Origin: Raillietiella orientalis
Taxonomy: Eukaryota
Reading direction: 5' to 3'
Length of the DNA: 64,000 nucleotides
NCBI GenBank assembly: GCA_036172245.1
Contig: JAYWIR010000002.1
Span: forward strand, 3,038,001 to 3,102,000
A model generated the notes under the pieces. That model was not told where the DNA came from and searched no databases. It worked only from the letters and a program-made list of their open reading frames with translations. A program made the translations under genes and the position numbers. How positions within the stretch are numbered: position 1 is the first letter of the stretch; every line of letters starts with the position of its first letter. Shown piece after piece: positions 51,390-64,000 of the stretch.

Positions 51390-51601
51390 TTTATAAAAAA
51401 CACAACAATGTGTCTTAAACGTTATAACAGCAGAATATCTGAATATCTGTTTATAAAAGACACAACAATGTTTCTCGAATGCTAATTCGAAACGCATTGT
51501 TAGCAGCAGAATATCTGAATGTCTGTTTATAAAAGACACAACAATGTTTCTCGAATGCTAATTCGAAACGCATTGTTAGCAGCAGAATATCTGAATGTCT
51601 A
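51390..51601. repeat. Tandem repeat: two near-identical 76-bp units plus a diverged 60-bp upstream unit
   Basis: Units start at 51390, 51450 and 51526 (tttataaaagacacaacaatg...gcagaatatctgaatgtct). Confidence 0.95.
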
Positions 51602-52499
51602 TTTCGCTTTAAAGCAAAAAGCAAAAATTAGAGGTATTTATTAGCTTGAAGTAAACAAAAAAAAGTTTTTAGGGTTTCGACGATCGATTTAAACAATTCT
51701 GTGGTCCACCTCCCGTGTTCTCGATGAGAATTGCCATTTTACTCTCGTCCCGTTAGACGCTGTTAATGAAAATTTGAGTTGAATGGAATTCAACCCACTC
51801 AAATCACATGTTCATGTTCTTTGGGGGGAAGGGAGGGAGGGGGAAGCAGGGAAAAACACTGTATCACAAAATTGAAAGGTATCCACAAAGTTGCACGGGG
51901 CTGATTTATCGCGCTATACGAGACTGCCGCCGTGTTTTCATGGCTCTACACGAAACCGCATTATACAGGCGTCCACTGTATGTACGTGAGTTTCACAGTA
52001 CGGGTGTACATTTTCACAATACATGCCCATGCATTAAAGTTTCGCAATGAAGCAGAAAGATGGAGGCAGGATGGCGACACGGTGACGACATCTACAGACA
52101 ATGGAAAGCGCGAACGGGTCTTCACGTGTCACCCTAAAGCCTTCCGGCTGTTCCCACTCCAAGACTTGCCCATTTTGAATGTTGCCGCAAAGGAGCGATC
52201 CCAACCCCTTCTCCCCCCCCCCCCGCCCGCCCTCTTCCTCCAGGCAAACCGCGCCAATCGCGCGCTTTCGGTTCCAGAAGCGGATTTTGAGCTCTTGGAG
52301 GTGCGTTTCATCGCTCGCAGCTCCGCGCTTCCACGCTGGGGGTTTGCTGCTAGCTGCCGTTGCGGCAAACCCGCGCGTCCGTGGCGATTTGTCGTTGCGT
52401 GGGTGCTCCAAGAGCAACGAGGGATGCCCGGTGCCTGGCCCATGCCTCCCCAAGCGCATCCGAAGTGCGCGCGGGGGGAACCGTCTACCCTTTCGGAGC

Positions 52500-53940
52500 G
52501 CTGTCTCACGCTGGTTCTTCGGTGCCTTCCGGGCTGACCGGAACCTTCGCGGACCGCCCCTGGAGGGAAAGTTCAGAGAAGAGCCAGCGTGCGGAAATCT
52601 GTCGGTTGACGGTATGGAGGGTGAAGAGGACAATCCACTTTTTCGGCCGGCTCAGGCGGACCGGGGGCCGTTTGCAAAGTTTCCCTGCCGTCGGCAAAAA
52701 GTGACTCTTTCGGAGGGCAGCGATGCCAGGGCCACGCTGCGCGCACCTTGGGGCGGGGAGAGCGAGTCTGAGGTCTCTCGCGCCACCTCCGGCTGCCTCA
52801 CGCGCCGAAGAACTGAAGCGGTCAAGGAGGTCGTGGACCTCCAGGCCGGGATGCGGCTCCAACGTTCCCCGTATCCTAGCCTCGCCTCCCGCAAGGAACT
52901 CCTCGACGGCGCCTTCCGTCTCTATCCATCTTCCCGCTGCACTTCGCTCCGAGCGTTGGCGAAGAACTCAAGGGAGCGATCACCACCAACCTTCTCGTGG
53001 CTCTGCCCTATCTCAGGGAGCACCTGGGCAGTAGTCAGCCGGCCGAATGGGAGCTCCGATGTGAGATCGATGGCACACCGAAGGAACTAGGTGGTTGGAG
53101 CACGGATCAGTTAGCGGACGCTGCGACCCCAAGTGCCCCACCGAAGGGACCATTGCGCTGGGGCGATCTGCTGCGAATCTCGCAGGAAAGACCTCGAGTG
53201 GTCCCCAGCGCTGAATAACAACCGGACCCTCCCTCTGAAGTGGCAGGAGTCGGCATTTCTGGTGTTGCATTGGGGCCTCCCCAGTAATCTCACTGGATCC
53301 GGGGGTCTGTGGACCCGAACTGTGTCAGGTGCGGGGAATGGGAATCCCTCCCGCACCTGCTTGTTGACTGTATTGCCCTTCGGACCCTGTGGCTGCGATT
53401 CGCAACGGCCCTAGGTGCACAAACGGAACCACCGCAGAGACGTTCTCAAGCGCCTCTTCGTGCGCGATGCCCTTTTGCCTAGGCCCTGGCAGCACTATAC
53501 TGCCTAGGGCAGATCGATCCCTTCACGGGCACATCGCTTCTCGGCCTTTTGGCCAAGATCAAAGTGTGTCTATGTGGAATTGTGACGGCCTGGAGATACG
53601 TCAGAGATGGACGGCACGACAGGGACGCCATCTGCTTCTCCCTTCGCTTCCTGAGGACGGCAGCAAGATGGCCCCATCAGGGGCATGCTCGGATGGAACT
53701 TGCCGGCATCCTGGAAAGGATGCAGAGGATGCCCTCCAGCTCCCGATGATCCCTTCCCTAACCCTCCCATTTTTTTTGTATATGTTTTTTTGTTTTATTT
53801 TTATTTTTGTATGTCCCCTCCCCCTCCGCTGCCGAGGCAAATCTCGCTGGCCTGCGTGCCGGTTACTCGGCAGGTTCCGAACTCTTTCGGACGTTATAGG
53901 GCCGATGGTCCTACACGTGTTTGTTTATTTTTAAAATAAA
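52500..53940 (+). mobile_element. Decayed 3' part of an L1/Tx1-like non-LTR retrotransposon (ORF2 C-terminus plus 3' UTR)
   Basis: zf-RVT-like segment W..LNNNRTLPLKWQESAFLVLHWGLPSN (about 53200-53290), then CX2CX7HX4C knuckle CVRCGEWESLPHLLVDC (from 53321), frameshifted; T-rich 3' UTR ending in aaaataaa. Homologous to 32160-32950. The 5' boundary is approximate. Confidence 0.7.
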
Positions 53941-56900
53941 TGCCCTGGCGCACCCGGGTGTTAAACCACTAAGCTTCGCCCCGGTCTCTCCACGAAGAGG
54001 AGGAGGGCGGCAGCGTGGCGTTGGGGGTGGGGTTTGGAGGCACCTGTGCGTAACCAGGTCGATCCTCCCTTTGCGCAGAGGATCCTGAGGAGCCCTCCCG
54101 GAGGCAGAGAGGAAAAGACTTATGCGAACGCAACCGAGACCGAGACTGACTGTGGAAGCGGCTTCCGGCCTCAGAGCGCGTCCATCCCGGGAAGGCCGCG
54201 GTCCTGGCGCACCCGCGGGATCCAACACGGGAAGGAGAGCGTCCGCTTCCTTCTGGTCCTTCAGGAAGCCGAGGAATGCGTGTTGTCCGTGGTCCCTTCC
54301 GACGGATACTCTCCAGGAGGGAGCCACCCGCCGAGCAGGGAGCCATCGACTCTCTTCCTCCCTCCTTCTTTGTTCCTTCGGGCGCGCCAACGCCACCCTT
54401 AGGACCTCAACCTGGACAGCTCCCTGCAGAGTACGCCCAGCCGTATGTATTTTGTGCTTCGCAACTCAAGCATCGAAAACTCTCACCGCTTCATCGTATC
54501 TTAATTTATGCGTTTTAAATTACGTGCGATTTAATTAAACCTCCTCCAAAGTGTCGCTACCTTACAGCTGCCGCATTCCATTATTACGCAACGCGAACAT
54601 CATTTGTGAACGAATTATTCACAAATGAAGTGTCGTTACCTAACACCGGATACGGGATGCAACATCCACAACAAAGTGTTCGGAAGGTTCGGAAGATCGC
54701 GAGCGGCTTGAAGGTTCAAGCGATTAACAGGCAGGCGATGCCCTGTGACGTGGTAAGGGGAATTTGCGCCATATAGAGAGAGAGGTGAGAGAGTTCGGAG
54801 GAATTGGAAAACCTGCTGAAGAGTTTCTCGCGCTTTCGTTCTACCGTGGGAGGCGATCTCCCCGAGCGCCGAGCCATGGGAGAGGCCTTGGGGCCACACG
54901 CTTGTCGGCGCCCCCTTCCTCTTCCGTCAGGAAGCTGCTCCCTCTCTTCAGGGCCGAGGAGGAACGGGGCGGAACGGATGGCGCTCCGCTCGGGAGAGGA
55001 GGAAGCGAGTGGACGAGTGCACGGTCTCCTGCTCAGCGAGTGCCTCCCGGCGGCGACCTCGGGCAGAGCACAGCTCGTGGCCTCGGGTTCTCCGAACGTC
55101 CCGGAGGGCGGGCATCCCGCCCGGATGAAAGTCATCCCCCTCCCTCTCCCCTTCCTTCTGCGTTCGGTCGCCCGAGGGAAGGCCTACAATTCGGGACTCG
55201 GGCAGAGTCCGCCAACCGCAAGACGTTCCTCAGGAGAGGATCAGCTTTTCCTTAGGGGATAGCGTGAGCCAATCAGGAGAGAAGCTGGTGACCAAGGAGG
55301 CCGGAGGACATCAGGGACAGGGCGGTTGCAAGAGAGGAGAGGAGACGGCGACGGCGGTCACACTCCTGGGCTTTGGCTCACGGCCGGAACGAAGTCATCC
55401 CCTCCTCTCCCTCCTCCAGCGTTCATGGGGTGGGGATGGCGGTGGTCGCCTTCGTGAGAGAGGGCTGGCTGCAGGACGAAGGGAAAAGCGAGCGTGTCCA
55501 TGGTTACTGTCCTGCTATAGTGCGTCTGACCTCACGAGGCGCAGGCTCCGCCGGTTGCGGGAAGAGGCTGCTTCCGGCACCACGAGTTGGTTGCTTTGAA
55601 CGAAGGCAGGGGAGGCGCGAGGAGCGATGCCCAAGGCACCGTGGCGGGCAGGTGCTTCCGTAAGCAGGGCAATGGAACTTCTCTAGCGCTGACCGCTGGT
55701 CTTTTCCGTTTCTATCTTTCTGCGGGGGCCAAGCGAAATTCCGGAAAGAGCGTGAGAGGGAGGGGGTGAAGGTCGGCTTCTCAGAACTTCATCCCTCCTG
55801 CCTTCCCCTGGTGCACCTGTCCTCCCCCCCCTCGCGGCTACCGGGCAGCTAGACAGACCCCGGAGGACATCCCGAACCTCCTGGTGGGTTGAGAGGCAGA
55901 GGCGACTGGAAACGCGTCCGTCGCCTTCTCTCCTCAGGGTGAAGCCACCGCGGCCTCTTCCCGTGGGGGAGGCTGCCGGTATCGCCAATGGGCCGGTAGC
56001 CACGCTTTGCGCCAAGGACGGCAGGACGGCTGCCGCCTTTCACCCGTTGCGCGCGAGCGCTTGCCGACGGAATTCCTCCGCTCGAGCCGGGAGCCCTGCG
56101 GTCGCGGGTCCCTCAAGATCGTCGTTATCGCGACAGTCGCGTGAACTGCTGCTCGTGCGCGTATGCGTGCACCGGAGTGCGCGCGACCGAGCGATCGTCG
56201 CAGCCGCCGCCTTCGGCTCGGGCGCGATCGTACCGTGCATCCAAAGCCTCAGTCGAACGTAGCAACCGGTTCGGTTGCACGCCGGAGGGCCGGGGGGTGG
56301 GGAAGCAACGTTTCCCCCCTGTGCCTCATGTGTGTTCCGTACGATTTGGAAGCGGCTCATGGTCGTGTGTTGAGGTCGCACCGCGCGCCGAGACCCCACG
56401 GCGCACTAGCGTTCTCGAGAATACGACGCGGGGACGCTCGAGCGCTACGCTCGTGACCTCGCTTCGGCCTCATGGGTACAACTGCTGATGCAACCAGCCG
56501 CTTTCACCAGCGTGTCGGGCGGGAGGGTGAGGGTGGAGGAAACGTCTGGCGAGCCATCGCCCCTCCGGCAACCCCTCCCCGGCAAGCAGCCGGGTCTGTA
56601 CGCTCGGTCGGTTCTGAGATCACCGCACGGTTCCTATCCGAACCTCGAACCCGTCCGCGCAGAACTGAGGAAGATCCTCGTGCTCGGAGCAAGTGGCGGA
56701 AGCAGCGAGACCCCCCTCCCCACCCCTGCTGCCGGTGAGCACGTCCGTCGGTCGTTGTCTCAGCACCCGGCATCCCAGATCCATCCCGGAAGCGTGGCGA
56801 GCGCACGTGGTGGGACTTCACGTTGCCGACATTCGCGCATGCGTAAAATCTCAGGGCGTGCGCACGCCGAACTTTAGACTTGGAAGGCGTTTTTCGAATG

Positions 56901-59900
56901 GTCCGGTGTTGGTACAGCGTCAGCAAACCGCGGGGGCGAGACTCGGAGGCACCCTTGTACTTTAACTTTTGCCCACAGATAAGCTATCTTCGGGGAAACC
57001 GGTTTATCAGGAACGAGACAGCGCACTCGGTGACCTTGGGAAGTGCACAGAACCAGAAGGCGAACTGTACGTGTTGTGGTGGCTACACGTCGCCTAGCAG
57101 GAATTAGGCGTGGCCACTTGGTGCACGAGAGAGGTGTCGTTTCCCTTCCTTTCGAATTTTTCCTGCTTCGCGGTCCCGGGATCCTTCCATGCGATCGTCC
57201 CCGCTGGAATTCGTCGGTTTTTTTTTTGTTTTCCCCGAAGGGTTTCGCGGGGGTGCGCGCGCGTTTCAATTTGTTTTCTTCCTTCCTTCCCGACACAAGG
57301 CAGAGAGGGACGCGAGCTTCATCCTGCAGCGAAAAATAATTTCCTTCCGCAAGTTCCTCTCCCCCAAAGAGCAGAAGATTCGAGACGTTCTTCACGCACG
57401 GGGACACGCGCGCACACACGGATCAGCGATGTTCCTTGCGGTTAGGAAAAGTGTTGACCTTGATGAGCAGTTCCTCCCCAACGACACAACGCTGTGATTT
57501 TCTTTTCTTTCTTTTTTTTCAGGAAAAAAAAAAAACAAGATCTTCGTCTACATGGAAAGACCCCTTCTCCGTACTCTCACCAAAATTCAGAGAATCCGTT
57601 TGCCTTGTTTTTCTTTTTTTTTTTTTTAAGGTCGTTCGGTCTTAAGCCTGTGGTGTTCCTTCTGCCGAAAGAAAGGAAAAAAAAAAAAAAGAAAAGGCCT
57701 AAAGAACACACACACGCACACACACACGTACGCGGTTTTCGCGAAATCCCGGAAAAAATTCAGCGTCGAACCGCCTCGGCGCATCCGTGTTTTTCACGGA
57801 ACACGCCGGGGCAACGCGCGTTTTTATTTTATTTTATTTTATTTTTTTTTGGGGGGGGGGGGGGGGGGAGAGGAACGCGCGCAAAACCCAGGCGTCCCCC
57901 CCCCCCCGGCGCTGCTTGTGAAAGCTGCTGGAGGGGATCACCACCGCGGGGGCACCGCGGTGGTCGTCGGCGGGTGAGAGGGGCGCCGCATCCCCGGGAG
58001 CGCTCCGGCAGGGACGACGGCGGCGGCGTTGTTTCCTGGACCACACGAGCTCGTCGGCTTCTCCCGCGCCATGGGTGGAACCCGGCATACCCAATGCGGC
58101 ACTCCATCCGAGTAACAAAGGTCGCCTCTGGCGCTCGCGGGACTCGAGGCTTCGAGCGCGCAAGGGAGGCAGCGCGGAGGGCGGCATATCATGCAAAAGT
58201 CTACGATCGCTAGTAAGTTGCTGTTTTTCGTACATTCAAACCTCTTTGTGGGGAGAGAAAAAGGGGGAAAAAGTGGGGGAATGTGCCTGCCGGTCCGTCG
58301 GGACGTGGCCGCCGGAGCCGTTTGCAGTTTCCGCTTGGGGAATATCGCTTGTGGTGTTCGGACGGTGTTCGACCTGTGTTTGTTTGCTGCGTGTGCGTGT
58401 GCGTGCTGCACGCCCGTCTTCCACCAACCTGCCCGCCGTGCTTTCCGTGTCCAGGAATCGGTGCTTTGCCTGTGGTCACTTGCGGGGGGACCTTTTTTGA
58501 TCACCTCGGGGATCGCAAGGCGAGTGAATTCGTGCAGCGCGACACCTTTTTTTTTTTTTTTTCCTCTCGTTTTTCTTTTTCTTTCTCCCCCCCCCCTTCC
58601 CGTTCTGGCCGTGCAGTGAGTGGACGCATGGCGTGAAACCCGTGGATATGCTACTTGGTTTGAAGGTTGTTGGTACGCGCGTACGTGTGGTGGTGGTGGT
58701 GGTAGATGCTGGTGTGCAAGTGCCTTCCCCCCCCCGTGTACACTGCGCTCGCCAGCGCTTGCTGCAGCAGTTACAGTGTATCCATCACGCACGCACACCG
58801 CGCGCTGCACGCATTGTCCGTATAGGTGTGAACGCGCGGGAAGCTCAAGTGCACACGGGGTGCAAAAACACGTACACACGCATGCATCAGCCCGTCCGTG
58901 TCCGTCATGATGAATCTTCATGTGTGTGGGCGCCCTACGGACGATCCCCTACGGGTTTTTGTTTTTGATTTGTGTGCGCGTTTTCGTAGGGCCTCCGTCG
59001 TGTATTCTGGCCGGACGAGGTGAAAATCGGAACTCCCTCATCGGAACCATTCCGTGAGCTGTGCGATGCGAGGATCTTGGGCAGGTCACACCCTTTGGCT
59101 TTTAATGGCATTCGCTATTTTTGCACCACCTTTGACCCTGGCGGTCCGCGACTCTGATTTCCGATCACCCCTTTGCGGGGGTGGGGTGGGGTATCCGGGG
59201 CTACCGGGGAAGCCATCTTGGTTCGCATGGTTGCAGCCGCTTCCTTCTGCGGCGGGAGCCGAAGGCTCGTCGGAAATGTTTGTACACTTTTTCCGTTAAA
59301 AAAAAAAGAAAGAAAGAAAAAAAGCCATCAATTTTTTCCTTTTCTCCTTCACGTGCTTTGCCTCTCCCTGTTGGCAAATCTGCGCAAATGCAAAATAAGT
59401 TGAGAATCGTAAATTAACTCGAACCGGTGCGTTGTTTTTTTCATGTTGTCTGCCACATGTGGAAAATGTTTGTGGTTTTTTTTTTTTTTTGGTTGCTGTT
59501 GTTTTCCTGTACTACTTTCTACAACACAGTGTAAAAAACAAAAAATGGCATCGTGCTTGCAAGGGTTGTATTTATGGTTCTCACGAACCATAAATACAGC
59601 CTTCTCTCGTGTTCTCTTCGTTCTTTAGGCGAAGTGTTAAATGTACGCCGCCGCCCCGCTTTCCAGTTGGCGCACCTCTGAAAGTTAGCGTTTCCCCGGA
59701 CAGTTGGTGCGGGGGGGGGGGGGGATAGGTTGGAACAGCTTGAAGAATCCCATGGAAGACGACATTCGTCTGTTTCCGCATCCTCTCATCGTCTTCCATG
59801 TGATGAGAGGATGCGGAAACGTGACGCTTTCGTGTTTCTGCATTGCAGTTCTCGAATGTCGTTTTTTTTTCTCTCTTTCTCTCTCTCCCTCCCTCCCTCC

Positions 59901-60550
59901 CTCCCCGCGTGTGTGAGGTGCCCAATGGGGAAGGCGCTGGAGAGAACGATCTTTTGTCCTCCCAGTTCCCCCCCTCCCCCCTTCAAAACGGCATTTCCGC
60001 GTTCATCCAGAAGTGTTTCGTGATGGCAGTCGCGATTTTTTGTGGTTCGAAAACGCCAAGACGGAAAGAAATTCCCCGGGAAACCAAACCTAAATTTTTT
60101 CAGCCGGGAAGTCGAACCGGAAAAGCAAACAAGAAAGGGAGTCGCAGGAGTGCATGTGCTGAGCACCGAGGACGCGCACGCGTTCCGTTTTCGTAAACTC
60201 CTCGGGTGCGAGCTGATCTCAGTTGGTCACTGCGTAACACGGCAACCCAGCGAGCGATATGCGTTACAAGGACCGAGTCACGGCGTGAGAAACGGGTTCT
60301 TGACAGACGGATCAACCTGCTTGCAGCAGCCCATCTTGCGGGCTTGGGAGCCTCTCGTCTCTTCCCATTCGTTCGCGCTCGCTGTTCTGGCTGTTCTTTC
60401 TCCAGCGTTCAGCTGCGTCCCACGCCGAACACTCTTTGTGTGCTCGGAAGGAGGAGCGGGGTCGATCATTCTCCCCAACTTTCGGGTGAAAGTGGCGAGG
60501 AGTGATGTAACCCCTCCCCCCCCCATCCAATCGCAAATTCCAGGACTGCG

Positions 60551-63500
60551 ATGAGGCAGCGAACCGTGACAGCGCCTGCCATCATCAGGTCCATTCGTCG
60601 GTCACTGCAGACGGTGTGGTATGCATCACTAGGTTACTGCTGCCTCGGTTTGCGAACCGAGGAGCGTGCTTGCTCATCATCCGTAGAGTCGGAGGCGAGG
60701 ATCTCTTGTCGGGAGAGAGAGGTGGACGCCGGCAGCGCTCTTCCTCCTGCCTTCGTCTCCCTCCCCCTCGTCATCATCTCGAGCGATGACTTCCCTCTTT
60801 TCGTCCCTCTCGAGCATCTCCCGACCAGCGAGAGCACGTAGCGTGAGCTTCCTGATCCTCATCCACCCAGGGCTTTTCGTCTTTCCCTCCGCGGCTTCCC
60901 CTTCCCACAGAGCGCGCCTCCCGCGGTGTCCGGCTCGGCTCGCGGCGTGCTCTTTGCGTCGGTCCTCCCCTTCCGCCGGAGCCAGGTGCCGCGTTGTTTA
61001 GCTGGATCTCTTCTGTGGCAGCATCTGTCTCCCCTCTCCCCGGTATCGGAGATTCCGAGGCTGAGCCCGGTCCGCGGGCTGGGGAGGGAGGGAGAGAGAG
61101 ACCTTCACTTTGCGTCCGTGACCTTGTCGCCTCCCGGGATCTGCTCGCGGGGATTCCTTCCTTGCGCTCGAGCGTGCGTTTTCGTTTCCGTCAGCCGAAG
61201 AGCTTCCTCCTCTTCTTTCCGGTCGATCCTCCTCTTCGTCGCCCTTGCCAACGGCCTGCCTCAATCGCCCGGTTCTGATGCGAGTGGGCGCGCCTTCCCG
61301 AGCTGGGACGGGCAGGCTGAAGGTTTCACGGCTGCGGCGCCTACTGGTGGTTTCGACGCGACTTGTGCGCACCCGCCCCCCTCCCCAGCGGAGTGGGGAG
61401 GGAGAACGCTTGCCCCAGGGAGACAGGGACGTGGATAGTCCTCGCGCGAAGATATCGCTCCGGAGTTTCCCCTTTCTGGAGGTCCGCGACGGGACGCTTC
61501 CCTTCGCCCCTCCTCGCAGGTCGCTGCCGGCCGGTCCGCGGTCTGGCGCGCGCTGGGAGGGCCGTCCGAAGGGGAGGATCCTAGGACTTCTGCCGCGCGG
61601 CGTGATCTGCTGTGAATTTTCGTCGCCCTCCTCTTTCCCCCGATGCAACCGAGAGGGCCGTGGAGTGGCGGAGGAGGAAAGGGAAATGGGGTAGGGAAGG
61701 GGGTCTTCTGGAGTTCAAGGTTGCCTCCCCCTCCCCTCTTTTCATCGGGGCGGGGCGGAGGACGGATGGGGAGAGGGAGACGGTGGGGGATCCGAGACAC
61801 GTGGTGGATGCTGACCCCTCCTCCTCCAGGTATCCTGGGGATCTGCGGGCTGGTGTTCTGCGTCGTCGGGGTGCTGGTCATCGTCTACTTCCAAGAGGTC
61901 GTGGATCACATTGTCAACGGGGTGAGGGACGGGCGACGCCACGCTCGCGCGCATCACGCGATCGTCCTGTCCGCAGCGTCTGGTTTACAGGAAGGGATCG
62001 GAGAGCTTCCAGCTATGGTCGAAGCCTCCCGTGAAACCGTACACCAGGATCTACTTCTTCAACTACACGAACGGAAACGATGTGCTGCGTCACGGGAGCA
62101 AGCCGGAGGTGCAAGAGGTCGGTCCCTACGTCTACGAGTGAGTGCTTTTTTTGCCTGGGTGGGTGGGCAGAAAGCCATTTTCCGGGATCCTTTCCTCTAC
62201 CTTCCTCCTTTTGTGCGCTCCCAGGGAAACGATGGAGAAGGTGAACGTCACCTGGAATGACACGGAAGAGAGTGTGTGCTATCTGCAGAGAAAGAAGTTC
62301 CTCTTCATCCGGGAGCTGTCCTCCGGTCCCGAGGAGGATGTCGTCATCAGCGTGCACCCACCCTTCCTGGTACGTCTCCGGAGCAGGGGGGGGGGGTAGG
62401 GGGAGAAGGAATCTTTTCGATGATGATGAGGGTGCTGCGTTTTCCAGGGCGCCCTGGCACTGGCTCACAAGCTGGGCAACCCCGCCTTCAAGAACGCCCT
62501 GAACGCCATGTTCTCCGTGCTGAATGTGACCATGTTCTCCGAGCACACGGTCCGAGAGTGGCTGTGGGGTTTCCGGGACCAGCTCCTGGACCTCGGCAGG
62601 CAGACCGAACCGGACGGGTACCCCTACGACCAGTTTGGTTACTTCTACGGGGTAGGTCCTCGCTAAAAAGTGGGGTGGCACAAAGCTTCCGCCTTCCTCC
62701 CCGTCTTCCCTTTCCTCCTCCTTCTCCCCCCCCCTCACTCGACGTCGTCACCTGTTCCTGACTCTCGCGCCCGCTCGTCTGCTTGCAGAAGAACAGCACC
62801 CAGAAGGAAACCCTGTGCATGCACACTGGCGCTCGCGACATCAAGAAGATGGCCATCCTGGAAACGGTCAACGGGAGCAGCCGCCTTGGCCTCTGGCCGG
62901 ACCTCCGGTGCGATGCTGTGCAGGGCACAGACGGCAGCGCGTTCCCTCCCGGGATCACGAGCCGCGATGTCCTACACCTGTTCGACCCGGAGCTGTGCAG
63001 GACGGTCCCGCTGACCTTCCTCGAAGACGTCAGCCACGAGGGCATCCGCGCGCTGCGCTTCGTGGTGTCTCCCTCGGCCTTCGACAGCCCGCGGACCAAC
63101 CCGGACAACGCGTGCTTTTGTGCCGAGGAAGGGGGCGCCTGCGAGGACCTCCCGGACGGTCTCTTCAACGTCAGCATCTGCAAGTTCCGCTCCCCCGTCC
63201 TCCTCTCCTGGCCCCACTTCTTGCACGGGGACCCGTCTCTCCTGGACGCCGTGGGGGGCTTGCACCCAGATCTCTCCAGTCATCAGGGGTACATGGACAT
63301 CCAGCCGGTAAGTCCGTGGGGACTAAGGACCGCCCGGGCAACGCGCATGCTGCCCCGCCAGAGCGTCGGCGTCGCCCTGCAGGTGTGGTTTCGGCTGCAG
63401 GTCAACTTCCTGTTCCACAGGGAGCCGGAGGTGGAGTACCTGGCCAACGTTTCCATGGAGCAGACGGTGCTTCCCGTCGTCTGGTTCGAGAGCGTAAGCC

Positions 63501-63807
63501 CACCCCCATCCCCCGTCCCCCCGAGACCTGCCGGCCTTTCTAGGGTATGGACAAGCTGACGCCGGAGCTGTACTCGCTATTGAGGAAGGCCACCGAGGAC
63601 CCCAAGGTCGCCGAGGCCGCCATGACGTACCTTTTTCTGGTGCTGGGAGGCGCCATGGTCCTGTTCGTCGCCCTCTTCTTCGTCTACCGGCGCATGCGCG
63701 AGCCGTCCATCAAAGACAAGAAGGGAGTGCAGGTGCCCATCGAGCTGCAGCAGGACGCGCCGTTCTTCAAAGATTCACACGTCGGAAACAATCAGGTCGT
63801 CGTGTGA
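60551..63807 (+). CDS. CD36 family / scavenger receptor class B protein (SR-BI/LIMP-2/croquemort-like); 8 coding exons, about 532 aa
   Basis: Exons: 60551-60632 (start exon, inferred, weak donor), 61830-61921, 61977-62137, 62225-62369, 62448-62651, 62789-63307, 63362-63493, 63544-63807. GT..AG introns with consistent phases; 1599 nt. Family motifs: N-terminal TM (GILGICGLVFCVVGVLVIVYF), WSKPP...IYFFNYTN, KPEVQEVGPYVYE, TVREWLWGFRD, CDAVQGTDGSAFPP, FDPELCR, NPDNACFC, GLFNVSIC..SPVLLSWPHFL, LPVVWFE, C-terminal TM. Third codon positions are strongly GC-biased. Orthology to a named member cannot be assigned by eye. Confidence 0.93.
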
Positions 63808-64000
63808 CACCCCTCGTGGTCGACCGATTCCCTACCCCTTCCCCTCCGCAAACGCCGCCATCGTCCTGTGATAGGAAGAACAGCGATCAGGGATTCTTCT
63901 CCCCCTCCCCTTTGGAAAGGGAAGAGGAGAGGAAAGGCGGAGCCCAGAGCCGATGCCGTCCAAGGCAGTCAGACTTTCCGCCCTCGGCTCACCGCACCCC

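Noticed and set aside
51390..51601. Tandem repeat as a CRISPR array
   Set aside because: No unique spacers, no cas genes, and the context is eukaryotic.
61643..62260. ORF-track 205-aa protein as the CD36 N-terminus
   Set aside because: It reads through introns; only 61830-61921 is in the true frame.

Overview
Eukaryotic (animal, probably arthropod-like) genomic DNA; I see no prokaryotic features, rRNA, tRNA or CRISPR array. Two spliced genes can be rebuilt exon by exon. One is a complete 13-exon IFT88 (minus strand, 42609-37586, 770 aa) inside a sharply bounded AT-rich, CpG-depleted island. The other is an 8-exon CD36/scavenger receptor class B gene (plus strand, 60551-63807, 532 aa) in GC-rich DNA. 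Most of the rest (about 4.5-34 kb and 44.4-57 kb) is GC- and CpG-rich and carries heavily decayed fragments of L1/Tx1-like non-LTR retrotransposons; the many long Pro/Arg/Gly-rich ORFs there are mostly artefacts. Smaller structures include a 225-bp inverted local copy inserted into a LINE 3' end between 6-bp direct repeats, a 70-nt near-perfect hairpin abutting a 94-bp dispersed repeat, a 76-bp tandem repeat with an internal hairpin, a TAAT-rich island, and some unassigned exon-like segments. I found no clearly novel multi-gene system. All alignments and counts were done by eye.
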